A DNA stretch of 64,000 nt from Bilabrum cf. latius (taxonomy: Eukaryota): contig OZ237736.1 in assembly GCA_965178125.1 (NCBI GenBank), positions 992,001-1,056,000 of the forward strand, read 5' to 3'. Every line of letters begins with the position of its first letter. The first letter of the stretch is position 1. Made by a program: the position numbers and the translations under genes. Shown here in pieces: positions 13,001 through 27,000 of the stretch. Under the pieces are notes generated by a model. The model saw only the letters and a program-made list of their open reading frames with translations. It was not told the DNA's origin and ran no database searches.

Positions 13001-16000
13001 CTCGCTAGTTGGCATGCGATGGAGAGGCCAGCCCCTCACCAATGCAAACAACTAGGAGTCCAAGCAGGACTCAGATGACGATACTCCAGCGGAGCCCGGG
13101 CCTGTGACACAGTTACATGGTGACACTCACAAGGGTACATCGTCAGCAGATGCTTCGAGCCTAGCAGCAGCAGCAGTATCAGCGGCACAGGCGCACCTTG
13201 GTAGCGTGCTTGGAGCATAGGCTCGTAGGCAACTGGATATTGTTATGGCAGACTCTGCCGAATAGTCCATCGAAGAGCCGGAGCAATAGGGTGCGTCTAG
13301 ATCCCCGCCTCGTCGATAGAAACGGTAGCCGCATAGTGCGGCTGTATCACCCGATCGCGTGCCGGAGCCTTTATACGCAAGCAGGCTCCGCCGCCAGCAT
13401 CGATCGCGTCAGCGGGCTGCAAGGCGCCCGCAACCAGTCAGTGCGCGTGCAACTAAGCCGAGACAGGCTTCAGCGACGCTGCAAGAACAGCAACAGCGAG
13501 GTACCATCGTTTACGCGGGACCCGCAGCTCGTGCCCAGACAGCCCTGCGCACGGCAAAGATCCACCTCGGCGAACGAGACGGGTACCAGAGCGATGGCGC
13601 AATCATGCGGCTAGCAGAGAGGGAATTGGGCCTGTACGCCGCAAGGGCCGGCAAGCACGACCCGTACAATCTGCACCGCTCGGTTGGGGTGTACGCTGCG
13701 AGATTTGCAGCAAGGTCGCTTCGCAAGCATAGGGTGAGGCAGGAGCACGAAGCTCGCTCCCACGGCGCCCATCGCATTCATCGGGCTGAGTCCGAGCATC
13801 ATGAGCAGCGTGCTGCAGCTGACAATGTGACAGAGGTGCCTCTGTCCTTGGCGGACGATGGGGAGGATGGCAAGTGGTCCGTTGTGTCTGCACCCGCGGA
13901 CGAGCCCGGTGCATCGTTGTCTGGCGTCCGAGCAGTACGCGCGCCGTTCGAAGAAGATGGTGACACTGGCCGAGCGTTCGGAGGATGGCTGACCACAAAC
14001 GCATCCAGCATGCCGGATGCCACCCGCAGGCTAGATCTAAGTGGAAGAATGCGGACGGACAGGCAGAGAAATGCTGCAAGCTAGCTCACGCAGAAGCTGG
14101 CCAAGACTCCTGGGCTGGCGCTAGAGGTCGCTCGGCTCGATCTTCGAGACAGTATGAAGGGTACGGGTAAACTCGCCACGTTCTCGAAGGGAACCAAGGT
14201 ATGGAGGTCAGACTTCGAGGCAGACATCCCATCGGGGGCCGGTGGCCTATTCAGTGAGACCATCGAGGAGCCCAGGCGCAGCATCCCAGTTGCAGGAATC
14301 GGATTTGCGGATGACCAGGGCGGTGATGAGCCAGTACCGCACTATGCTTAGCCGACGATGTGCAGTCCAGTGCCCACTATGAAGCGAGCTACTCGCACGT
14401 TTGCCCTCGCGCACAATTTGGATTCTCCTCGAGACGTGATCTCTAGAGATGATGAGAAGTCTGGTGCCGTGACAATTCGTCCGATAGGTCCAGCCTCATC
14501 GCGCACCAAGCGATCCAAGAGTGTGGCTGCTGCGTCTCGAAGAGCCACAGTTAACTTGGCTGATCTGGCCAGGTCGATTGGGCTCCAATCGATGAGGGCT
14601 CCAGCTAGCGATGCAGATGCCTCCCAGAAGGATCCTAAGTCGGCCAAGCTGCTAAAAGGCACTGATTGGGCCGATGCTTCAGCCGCAAGCAAGCAGGGTG
14701 GGGCCGCTCCTGAGACGAGGAGTCGATCCGCATCCCCCAGAAGCAGAGCAAGGTCGAGCCCGCCGCGCAACGCAGCCCTATCAGACAAGCTGTTTCCAAG
14801 ATCGAAGCAGCACCAGGGGTTCTCGCAGGAGGGTTTCATGCCGAAGAGGCGAAGGGTACAAACCGACCTTGGGATCGAGCTCGGGGGTGCAGTGCCGCTC
14901 GAAGATTCCCCGCTTGCGGCGAGCATTGCCCGAACACAGCAGGCCCTCCTGTCATCGGACGATGAGGCAGGCGCGAGCACGCGCGATGAGTCCAGACAAC
15001 GAGCCCTAGCGTCTGATAGACGCACGAGAATTCCGCGATCGCTGGCTATGGAGGCAGCTGTGCTCTCACCAGCCGTATCTCATGCGACCAGAGGACGCCA
15101 TGTTGCCGAGCAACGCCTTGCCAACGAGCTTGCAGCATCTGTTCAGCACAAGACACCCCGTATCAATGAGGCACAGGTTCCTGGGGATCAAGCCACCTTT
15201 GCAGACTCGCTCCGCTCTGCAAGTAATTCCGATCGGACACCCGCAGAAAGTACATCGCCAGGGTCTGCAGCGCCATCGGGGCGCAAGCCCTCACCAGAGG
15301 TGCAGGCGATTCGCAGGGCAATCCTTGGGCAGTCAAGCGGATTACGCGATCGTGCAGCAGCTGCAGCGTACAAAAACGCGCTTGAGCAGTCGGGTGTACC
15401 AACTATGGCTGCTGTTGCGAGACAAGCTGATCCGCACTCCAAGCACATGGCTGAACCACTGCCGCCCACAAGCCCTCCCAACGACCCAGGTACATTGAAG
15501 GATGTACATTCATTGGTGGAAAATCCTAGTCTTGCCTGCTTTGAAGGCAAGCAGTCACCGAACGTACCGAGTACTACTCAGACCGAGGGGCGTGAACACA
15601 AGCATGCCAGTTCAGAAAAGCTTGACTGTGATTCCGGTGGACTTGACAGAAACGCCGATAGACTTGACGGGGATAGCGGTGACGTAGCACCATCGTCACA
15701 TGCGTCACAATCGGATTGGATGTCGGAGCACTAGGCGAGAAGCACATCGCCAGGCAAAGAAACCGACAGCTCGCCATCTGATGGTGCCCCTGCAAGCACT
15801 ACTGGTATTGCTCAAGCGCAGTCCGGCGAATTTGCGAGCCCAAGCTCCACATCGGGACGACGGGCGAGCGGAAGACACGTGGTCTGGGCAAGCCAGGTGG
15901 ACGTCCAGGAAACTGTACAGTCCGATGACGACGATGCAAGCGTTCCAACCGCAGGATCCTGGAATGAAGCCTCCGCTGCGACCCACCGCAGCTACCGAAG

Positions 16001-18918
16001 CGAAAAGCAAAGGATCCGGGACAGCTCGCCGGCTGCTTCATCAGCAGAGATGAGCACGTTCGGCTAGAGTACCCAGGCTCGTGCTAGCCCGGTGGCTGTC
16101 CCTGAGTTTTCTGGTGCTGAAGCAAACGACGAAGAAAAGAGTCCCTCCGACAAGGTTTCAGAAGCAGCTTCGGACTAGCCCTCATCGAAGCCAGCCAAGA
16201 CCCCGAAGGGCAAGGGAACGTCCAAGGGCACCTACACCGCCAACTTGCCGACTTCAGAGCGAGCGCAACGGTTGTGGCAGCGGCAATTCCAGTCTACGTC
16301 ACCAGTGCCGATGCAAGGACTTCAAGCAGGAGACAGCCCTGCAACAAAGGCCACGCCGCCGTCCGAGTCGCAGGCTGCATCTCACGCTGCTGCAGAGGCT
16401 AGCGAGGTGAAACCTGTCGCACATGGTAGCACCAACTCCAACGGAGAGGCACACCAGCAATAGGCCACGATTGTGATGTAGGATTCCCCGCGGTCTCCGA
16501 GTGAAGGCGATGCTGATTTACCGGAGCAGAAGGGTGACGCCGGCGCCCTGAGCCCCACCTCATTGTCGGTGCCGGGTCGCAAGCAGCCAGTAACTCCCAA
16601 CATCCCCTAGGAACAAGTCGGCGATGCTGCCGCAGCGGTTGTGACGCCATCGCCCGTGACGATGCGGAGCAGAGTGTACTCGAGGCGAGTAGGCGCAAGC
16701 GCACCTGACAGCCCTGGAACGCTGCCGCGGACACCAGCCGAGAGGCAGGCACCCAGCGGCAAACAGATGACAGACGTCAAACCCTCTGATGGCGATTCAA
16801 GCGCTAAGCGTGCAGTGCCGCAGAACCCGACCAACCTCCAAGTCCACATAGGACCAAACGGCGTGACGGTGACTACAGGCTAGTCTGGACGGACAGGAGC
16901 AATGCCAGAAGCTGCCAGCATAGATCAATAGGACGACGGTGGTACCGGCGATAGGAATGGGGCAAGCTTGCGACAGACCAAGGAGTCGTTCGCCTCAGGT
17001 CTAGGCGCAGGAGCGTCGTGGAAGGGAAGTGCCAAGGTGAAGATGATGCCCGATGGAGGCATCGTGGTGGAGACGGACTCATCGGGCAGCGGTGCTGGCG
17101 GTGCAGGCGCGTGGAATCCGCAAGGACAGCATGGCACGCAAGATCATCACGGCGCGCGGCGCATGGCCCACACAGGCGAACCGACAGGCCACCACCAGTC
17201 TCTGTTTCCAGCTGGCATCTCTCCCATGGGTACTCTGGCTCCAGCCTCTGCGAATCCACGCATTCGACGCGAGCACGGCACATGGCGTCGTAGCGGTAGT
17301 GCAGCTAATCGGGATGCCACAGAGCCCCACAGGAGGCATTGGGGGCTTGGAACAGCTCCTGCTGTGCCCTCACGACGCGGGGGCCCTATGGAGGCAGGCC
17401 AATCCGATCCACGTGGCGTCTCCTGGAGGCGCACACGGAGGGGCCAGTCGAGGTAGACTCCCCACAGCAGAGATCGCGCGTATAGCGCGGAAGGCGGTGC
17501 TCCATCGGACGATGTAGGAGCGATGTAGTCGCCACCACATGCATCGGATGATCACGCGAACAGTGCAAGTGGGCGCCAACCTGAGGCCGCAGCGCCTCCG
17601 CACCGTCGGCAGCGATCTGCCAGCGCGGTGAGATCTCGGCAGCTGCAGAAGAGGCCGGCAGCTGACCCCGCTCTTAATCGACAGATCTCTGAAGCTCAGA
17701 GGGCCTATCGACTGTACGGCAGTCCGAGGAGAAACACTGTCGAGGGTGCGGAGGAAGAAAGGGTGCAAAGGCGCAGACAACGAAGCTCGTCGGTGTCTGC
17801 AGCCCCTCAGAGCAGGCAGACATCCCCGCGCCTTCAAGCCCTGGCTGAAGCACGACGCAGCGTCTCGCCATACAGTGCCGCTGGTTGGCATCAGCGCCAC
17901 AGCCCCATATCAACAAGAGTTCCCCCATCAGGATCACCCCTTGGTGGGCGCACGGGAGACGCCGGAGCTGTTGTGTCGCAGCTATCCTCACCACCCTCCT
18001 CTAGAAGCCATCCAGCAGCTTAGAAAAGCACGTCGCCCATGCCCTCTATGGAGCAAGTTGCGGGGCTGCTGCGGGAAGCCATGGCTCCATTTGGCGCGGG
18101 ACTGTCTCATGAACATGGGAGATCGGGCCGTGTGCCAGAGCTGCCGGACGAGATGTCGTTGTTGGCAGCAGGACAGGCTGGTGATGATCCTCAGCAAGTG
18201 CCTCAGGAAGCCATGGGGCTAGGATCCCTGGGTCAAGGTCGGCCAGCCGCAGAGAGTACCGCCACCATACCGACAAACTCAGAATTTGGCGCCACTCGAA
18301 GCGAGGAGAGTAGCAGAGTGCCTGCAGTCGCCACGGTGGGGCGTCGCAAGCCGGTCAAGGAGCGGAAGGGCAGAGATTTTGCTTGCAGTCGAAGAAGGAA
18401 TGCCCCTGTCGCAGCGCTGCACTCAATGGTTCCGTCTCTGGCAAGCGGAAGTGGAGCCATCGAGGCCGGTCTGACAGGATCGCGTGTTGAAGGAGGCGAT
18501 ACCGACGAGGTCATCGACCTGGGCAGAGCACCCCCACCGCCGCAGCTAGGGGCACCCCCTGCCCTGCAACAGCCAGGGGTGATCGATAGGGCTAGGGGCA
18601 GGGCTGCCAGAGCTCATCAAAGTCACACCAGGGAACAAGGGTCCCGGGAGCAGAGCCCAGGGTAGCGAGGCTCACCGCCACGATCCAGCCAATCAGCTGC
18701 CAGTGCATCACCGCTGGGGACGCCGGAACGAAGCGGACCTGGGGCGGCAGCAGTGGCCTTCCGTCGCCGCCCGCCGCCAGCTCTCCGCATGCCCTCTGTA
18801 GACGGATGGGGCGAAGGCCTCGGAGCCTAGCTCTAGCTCGGGCGCAGCAGCGATGTGTTAAGACGTGCTGCCAGCTCCAGGTCAGTGAGCCCCCTACAGA
18901 GGCATGCTGGGCATGATG

Positions 18919-18950
<32 letters not shown>

Positions 18951-19478
18951 GCTGAGTCACCAGCACTGCGTAGGGCGGGTCATGATGTGGGCATAACCAG
19001 GAGGGGGCTTTCTAGTGCAGCGAAGCGAAGGCGAGCATCTGTGTCTCGATTGGGGGAGGGCCAGCGTCTGGGGCAGCAGCGAAGTGGGGGTCGGGCAGAG
19101 TCCGTGCCTCGGCTGGTGTGGCGGGGTGAAGCTGCGGGTGCCGGCGGGCTTGGAAGTGGCGTGGCAGAGTCACGAGACGGCGTGACGCCTCGAGGGGTGC
19201 ACATGGGGCATGGGCCCGGGGGTGCAGGTGCAGTGCACGGCGACGCGTCTAGCATAGAGAGCAGCAGGGCGAGCACGCCTTCCGTTGCGGCCCGGCGGCG
19301 TGCGATGGCACCGCGTCCAGGCCGGTCGCCGAGCGCTGCACCACGGCTGCTTGCAGCAGTCACGCCTGGAGGCTCGAGGTTCGGTATACAGGCCAGACGG
19401 CCAGACAGCCGCGCTGCACCGCGCATCCGGAGGGTCAAGGTAGAGGTAGAGCATTCGCCTGGGTTTGGAGAATTTTGA
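10005..19478 (+). CDS. Very large (about 3000 aa) low-complexity protein with a p25-alpha/TPPP-like segment; predicted introns 10024-10099, 10243-10337 and 10479-10565
   Basis: ORF-track fragments from 10569 to 19478 share one frame and are separated only by TAG (more than 25). I saw no TAA or TGA until TGA at 19476. The three 5' GT-AG introns are phase-compatible. RVTTGDIDTVF...FLEAAARLARRRY resembles p25-alpha helices. Confidence 0.72.
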
Positions 19479-20017
19479 GACTTGAAAACGAAGTGATTTC
19501 TTCAGAACGAAGCGTGAGACAAGCAAAAATGTGCGTGTAAGCTCGTAGAATCACACATTCGGCCACCCACCCAAAGGTTGGTGCGATCAGACAGCGACGG
19601 AATGCAAAGCGAGCGTGGGGGCAAGGTACGGGACCGCGACGAATCGAAGGCAGTACAAACAGACGACGACACTAGGCACATATTCGAGAGTTCCCAGGGT
19701 TGCTCACTGTACACATGGCTCCGAGGAAAATGGCAAAGCCGAAGGCTCATCTGCAGCCGGTCAAACCGGGGAGAGCCAACGGCAGCCAATCCTACGCATG
19801 TATCCAGTTTGCACCCTGTTTCCATCTCTAGCAAGTACCTGGCAAGTGCCATCGTCGCCCTGTACTATCGAATCGCGCAGCCTCATTCCCCGCAATCTCC
19901 ACGACACCAGCGCCCGACACATGTCAGCGACATCAATTTTCCTTTCTAGAAGAGCAAAGATGACCGAACAGCTCCGCAACGAACTTGACCGCGAGTGTCA
20001 CTTCAGCATAGAGTCCT

Positions 20018-20855
20018 TTATCCCTTGAGCTGGTCCACCAGCCAGTCCAGGCCCTCGTACAGGCCATCGCCGGACGTGGCGCAGCACGCCTGCACCCACC
20101 AGGTCCTGCCGCGCAGAGACTCCAGGGCCAGCTTCTTCGAAACGTCAGACGCTGACAGGGCCTTGGGCAGATCCTGCTTGTTGGCGAACACCAGAATCAC
20201 AGCCTCGCGCAGCTCGGCCTCGTTCACCATCTTGTGCAGCTCCTCGCGAGCGTCCGTCATACGGTCGACATCGTTGGAGTCCGTCACGAAGATGAGGCCC
20301 TGGGTGTTCTGGTAGTAATGGCGCCACAGGGGGCGGATCTTGTCCTGGCCCCCGACGTCCCACACGGTGAACGAGATGTTCTTGTACTCGACAGTCTCGA
20401 CATTGAACCCTGCGAAGCAAAACAGCAAAGGCAGACCGATCAAACGAGTGCGCAATGAACACCAATCTACTAAATACAAATGATTGTTCAAAGTATGGCG
20501 TGGCAGACCGGTTGGGCAGGCAGCTGTGATCAATTTGCTGCATCGAGAACGGCGGCCGTTTCGAGGAAGCTTCCAGCACATCGGGCAGCAACCGCTTTCA
20601 AGCTCACCGATGGTAGGGATGGTGGTCACAACCTCTCCCAGCTTAAGCTTGTACAGGATGGTAGTCTTGCCGGCGGCGTCGAGGCCCACCATGAGGATGC
20701 GCACGTCCTTCGAGCCGAAGAGGCGAGACCAGAGACTGCGATGGCGAATAGGTATCCCGATTGAGGCACTGATCTTGTTTAGATGGATCGGGTGTGTAAG
20801 ACAGATAATTATTTGAACACTGGAAGGTTGCTTACCCGGACAAAGACATTCCCAT
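20018..20855 (-). CDS. ARF1: ADP-ribosylation factor (ARF1-like GTPase), copy A; introns 20736-20835 and 20410-20607
   Basis: [52 protein letters not shown]. Ends in TAA. Confidence 0.95.
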
Positions 20856-21379
20856 GGCTGTAAACGATCTTGATATGTGATTCGTGTGGCGTGGCGTCGC
20901 AACTTTTAGTCGCGCCAGAGACAAACTATTCTCCTCTCGTCGCCCCTTATTGGGGTCATTGCTTGGAAAGTTCCCGGAAAGGCACAGAAGCGAGCAGAGG
21001 AAAACTGAGCTTGTGGCAAATCCTAGGCACCAATGCATAAATAGCATATGCTGGCTTCAAATTGACATAATACGAAAGTCCTGACTGGATCACCTGGGGT
21101 CACTTCGAAGGTTGATGCGAGCTGGCGTCCTTGCTGATGAGCACGACGAAGGCACCCGAGCAGGTGGGTAGTTTCACGCCTCTAGTACTCGGTCAAACCG
21201 AGGAGGTCCACGAATCTACCCAATCATTGGCTGGTACGTTCATCTGGATTGCAGCGATGTCCCATTAGGCAAGCCTGTGGCTGCTTGTGTCGTCCCTTGT
21301 TGGACACCCCGACATCAATTTTCCTCCCCATTGAGACCATGGGTCTACCCATCAAGACTATCAAATGATCGTAGACCAG

Positions 21380-22297
<918 letters not shown>

Positions 22298-22446
22298 TTA
22301 TCGAGCCTTGCCGGGCAGCCAGGCACAGGGTGCTCGCTTGCAACAACGGATCACCAGCGTGAATATAGCCACTGAAAAAATGCTTAGGCCCGAAAGAAGT
22401 GGCACGAATTCATCGCTACAACATCCAGCAAACCCCAGCATCCCTC

Positions 22447-22458
22447 CAGCAGCAGCAA

Positions 22459-22506
<48 letters not shown>
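22447..22506. repeat. (CAG/GCA)n trinucleotide microsatellite between the AKR stop and the ARF-B start
   Basis: Visible run agcagcagca... with one aaa interruption. Confidence 0.95.
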
Positions 22507-22533
22507 CAGGCTACGTGCTCATGCGTGCCATGG

Positions 22534-23887
22534 TCATCCGGGGGCGCCCGCGTACGCCGGATACTTTGCAAGCAGCGTGAGTCGCCGTCCGAGAGCTGCA
22601 AAGTACTTTTCGACCTCAACGCCCTCCCAGTGCCTCCTGCCCGGCGGGAGAACCTCCCGGAACGTTCGCTCAGCCTCGTCCATGAGGCCCCTCTCCTTCT
22701 CCGTCAGCGGCGAATCGCCCGTCGCGATCGCCAGGTTGATCCTCCACAGCTCCATCGAGGCGGATGAGACCATGACGGTCGAGACGTCACCGCGCCCCAG
22801 GCTCCACGCCATCGCCAGGCGGCCCAGGCTGACACCCTCCTTGGCGCACTTCGCTGCGAATGTGGCGGCCGTTGCCTTGATCTCGTCCGTGGCAGGGTGC
22901 CAGTCCGGCGGGCTCCCGTTGGTGAGCAGTCCCATGGAGATGGGCGCGGCGTTGATGACACCGATGCCTCTGGACCGGAGGTAGGCGAGCGTGCCAGAGC
23001 TGGAGAGGCTGTCGTCGAGCAGGGTGTAGCGGCAGTAGGAAATGCACGTGGAGAGCTTCACCGGCGATTTCTCGGCTAATTCGCGGAGCACGTGCATGGG
23101 GTATCCGGTGATGCCGATGCGACGCACCTTGCCCGCCTTCCTGGCCTCCTCCAGGGCTGGCAGCGTCTCGTGCAAGACGATGTCCAGGCTCGGCGCGAAC
23201 TCGGGGTCGTGGACCTGGATGAGGTCGAGATACTCAACTCCAAGGTGCTTAAGGCTTTCGTCGATGGAGGCGAGCACGCGCTCCTTCCTGAAATCGAACA
23301 TGTGCTCCACCTCCGGCTTGTAGCGGCCGACCTTCGTGTGGATGTAGTACGCCTCTCGAGGAATGCCCTTCAGAGCCTTGCCAAGAACCTGCTCGCTCTT
23401 GGTATCGCCGTACCACGGTGCCGTGTCAATAATATTCAAGCCTTTCGATAGCATCTCGGCCACGATTTTGGCGCACTCTGATTCATCAGCCTGCTCAAAT
23501 CAAAGGTAGTGAACATCAGCATTCAGCCGCTTTCGGGCGCGAGCTTCTTCGTCAGCATGAACAGATAGCAGTAAATGCATAGTATTAGTTCCAGTCTCGG
23601 CATGGACCATAGCGTCGACCACGAGCGGAAAAGCAGGCAGTTGCAGTTGGATCCGAACCGGAACCAAGAGCGCGCGACCTTACATCACCGAACACGCTCC
23701 CAAATGCGGATGCACCCAGTGCAAGACATGAAACAAAGCGATCGTCCAACCTCCTGTACCGCATTTTGCGGACTGCGTCCTCATCATGAAAGCCCTTCAC
23801 GAATGTCTCTGGCAACGCGTCACAAGGAAGAATCTCAATGTCAGTGCTTTCCTTCGTGGCCGAGTCTTCGACTCCTACTGCCGCCAT
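22534..23887 (-). CDS. Aldo-keto reductase, L-galactose/D-arabinose dehydrogenase-like; intron 23491-23683
   Basis: LGASAFGSVFGD|ADE, IDTAPWYG, TKVGRY, LDLIQVHD, GKVRRIGITGYP, NAAPISMGLLT. TGA stop. No TAG. Confidence 0.9.
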
Positions 23888-24041
23888 GTTGCAATCTGAT
23901 TACCTGAGAACGTACAATGTTACTTGCCTGCTGCGGTTTCTGCCGGCAACGTGTGAGTGCTGCCCAGCAGCGCCAGACGCAGTGCACTGTGGCGATCACT
24001 GGATAATGAATGAGCTATGCACCTGTTCATCAAATATCAAC

Positions 24042-27000
24042 TCACTGCTGGCTCAAAGAGCTGAGCAAGCCCCGCCAGACCCTTGCCTCCTCGTCCCAGA
24101 CACCCGTGCAGCACCTCAGGTACACCCGCCTCGTCCTGTGCACCTCGTGGTACACCACCGTGTCGGGAGCTGGGCTGCGCGCCTCCTCCTGGTCCGCGGC
24201 ACCAGGAGCAGACGATGCAGCAGCCGAGGCAGACCTAGCACCACCCTTGCGAGCAAGTGCTTCTGCTCGCTTCAGCTGCTCCAGCGCCGCCTCAACGCCA
24301 GCGGCGACGGCGGACGAGGGGTGCACTCGGGCTTGCACCCCGGACCTTCGAACGACGAACGAAACGCTTGACTGGGCCGTGGGCACAACCGCCGCTGCCG
24401 GCGTCTCTTCCCCCGCCCTGGCCCCACTGCTGCTCCTGCTGCTAGCACCCGCCGTCATCTGCTCCGATGCCTGCAGAGCGCCCTACCCCGCACCTTCCCT
24501 TCTCGCCTGTGTCAGGGGCGAGCCGGCCAGCAGCGCCATGCGCAGGAGCCCCACTGCAGTGCGATGCTTCTAGACATCGGCACTGCCATGGCCGACCGCA
24601 TCTGCTTGCTTGCCGGAGCTTCCAGCTGCTGCCGTGTCCTCTGCAGCAGCCGCCGCAGCCTCGAGCTCCCGTGCCCTCGCCAGACCCACAGAGACCAGCC
24701 TCACGTCAGGCACTGCCTGCCGTCCCCTTGCCCCTCCGCTCGCGCTCGGTTTGCTCCTGCTTGCACCGGGCTCGATGATTTGGCCGTCCTCGGCCACGAG
24801 GCCGGTGGGCAGCAGCCCCACGCTCTGCACAGCCGCCGCATCTCCGGCTCCGGCTGCCTGGGTGGCTGGTTCGGCTGCAGAGCTGGAAGCCTTCTCTACC
24901 GCAGCAACTCCTTCTGCGCCCGCGCCCGCGTCTGCACTCAACCCCGCAGCTCCCACCTCGACCGTGCCGATGCCAGCCTCCCTGCAGAGCCCAAGCACCT
25001 GCCCGAAGACCCGCTGCGCCGACCGCATCGCTCGGGCAGACAGCCCGTGACGGTCGCACCATCCGACCAGCTTGGTCCAAGCCGAGGAGCTCTGCGACGC
25101 GCCTTTCCTCGGAGACTTGGATCGCGCCCACTTGGCAATGCTGCCGCCATGCCCCTGCCCCTGCCCCTGCCCCTGCCCCTGCCCCTGCCCCTGCCCCTTC
25201 CCCTTGCCGCTGCCTTGTTTGCCGTCGTCAAAGGCGCTCTCACCCATGGCAGACCGAAGCGCCGCCATCTTGCGCCGCTTGTCCTTGGCCGACATCCCGC
25301 CGCCGCCGCTGCTGCTGCTGCTGCTGCTGCTGCTTGCAGCCTCCGAGCTCACCCCCTTACCCTTGCCCTTGGCGCCCCCACTCCGCCTGGACCTCGCGTC
25401 GGCCAGCAAGAACGCACCGAAGGCTCTCAGGTACGTGAGGTGGTCGCTCGACGGCACCCTGAACCCGGCCTGACGAGCCGCGATCGCCCTCGCCTGCCCG
25501 TCCGTGGCGGTGTCGAGCTACCGAAACACGGGAGTGTCAGCCGACAGAAGCGCCACGATCGCGGCACCCTCCGCCGTGGCACCGACGGCAGCGAATGTTA
25601 GCAGCATGGCGGATAAGGGCGGGTCCAGGGGCAGTCTGGCCATGAGCTGGCCCCTGGTGGACAAGCCGCCGAGCCAGGCGCTCGACCCAGCGCTTCCTGC
25701 CGCCGCACTGCTCGGCAATGCCAGCAGCGGGAGCAGCCGAGGGTGATACGATCCGCCGGCAGTCTGGCCGCTGCTGCCACCCGCCTCCCTTGCCGCGCCG
25801 CCGCCCTCGCGGATGGCACCCAGCCTGGACAGCTCCCAGAGCCCCTCGGCCACCGCATCCCTGGGCGGGGCCTCCACCCATGGGAAGGACAGCACGTGCG
25901 ACGCAGGCACGCCTGAGGCGATCAGCCGCAGCAGCAAGCCAGCCAGGGGTGCCCTCAGTGCCTCGCACGGCTAGAAGTCGGGCAGCATGGAGAAGCACTA
26001 CTCGGGGTACAGGCGCATGCACACCCCCGGGCCCGTCCTGCCTGCCCGGCCAGACCGCTGCCTGGCCTGTGCCTTGGACTCGGGTCTTGGCAGCAGCGAG
26101 GCCACCCCGGGCTGGGTGGGGTCCCTGTCCCTGAGCTTCGTGACACCCGCGTCGACCACCGCCCTCACGCCGTCGATGGTCACCGAGGTCTCCGCGATGG
26201 TGGTGGCGAGGACGACTTTGCGCACGGCGGCGAGCGAGCGGCCTGCCTCCTTCTCCAGCTGCGCAAGCGACTCGGCGTAGTCGCTCTAGGCCGGGCTCAG
26301 AGAGACACCCTCGGGGAGCTCTAGCAGCGGCTTGAAGGCGAGTAGCTGCTGTGAGGGCGGCAGGGCGGCGTATAGAGGCAGGGCCACGGGCAGCGGGCAG
26401 CCCACCGGGATGGACACTTCACTGTCGTCCCCATCCGCCACAGAATGCCCGTCGTCGGTGCCTCGACCGCGCTTGCGCTTGCTGCCAGCGGCCGCCTGTG
26501 GCCTCGCTCCGCCGTCTCCTGTGACTTGCCCTTGCCCACCCGTAGAATCGTCCTGCCACTCGCGCACCACCTGATCGGCCGCCTCCTCCAGGGCTGCCTT
26601 GGCCTCCCTGATCTCGTCCTGGCCGGGCAGGAACACCAGCAGAGACTGCCTGTCTCCAGCGGCAGATGCGGGGCCTGCGCCCGGCTAACCCGAGGACTCT
26701 GCCCTCCACATCTTGACGTGCATGGTGACGGCGGCCCGCACAGCTTCCCTCACGTAGTCCCTGCAGGGGTGCTCCAAGTACAGCACGCTCACGGGGTGCT
26801 GGCGCGAAGGCACTACGAGCAGGCTGGGGGCCGGCGGGTCGTCCTTGTCGTCCTCCCGGCTGTCACTCTTCCTTGCCAGACTCGCAGCACCCTTGCCGCC
26901 ATCTGCCTATGCCCCCGATACCTGGCCCTTGGGTCTCCTCAGCCGTGCACTGGCCTGCCGTGTGCTCGGCCACAAGGCAGCAGGCAGTGATATCGGCCCT

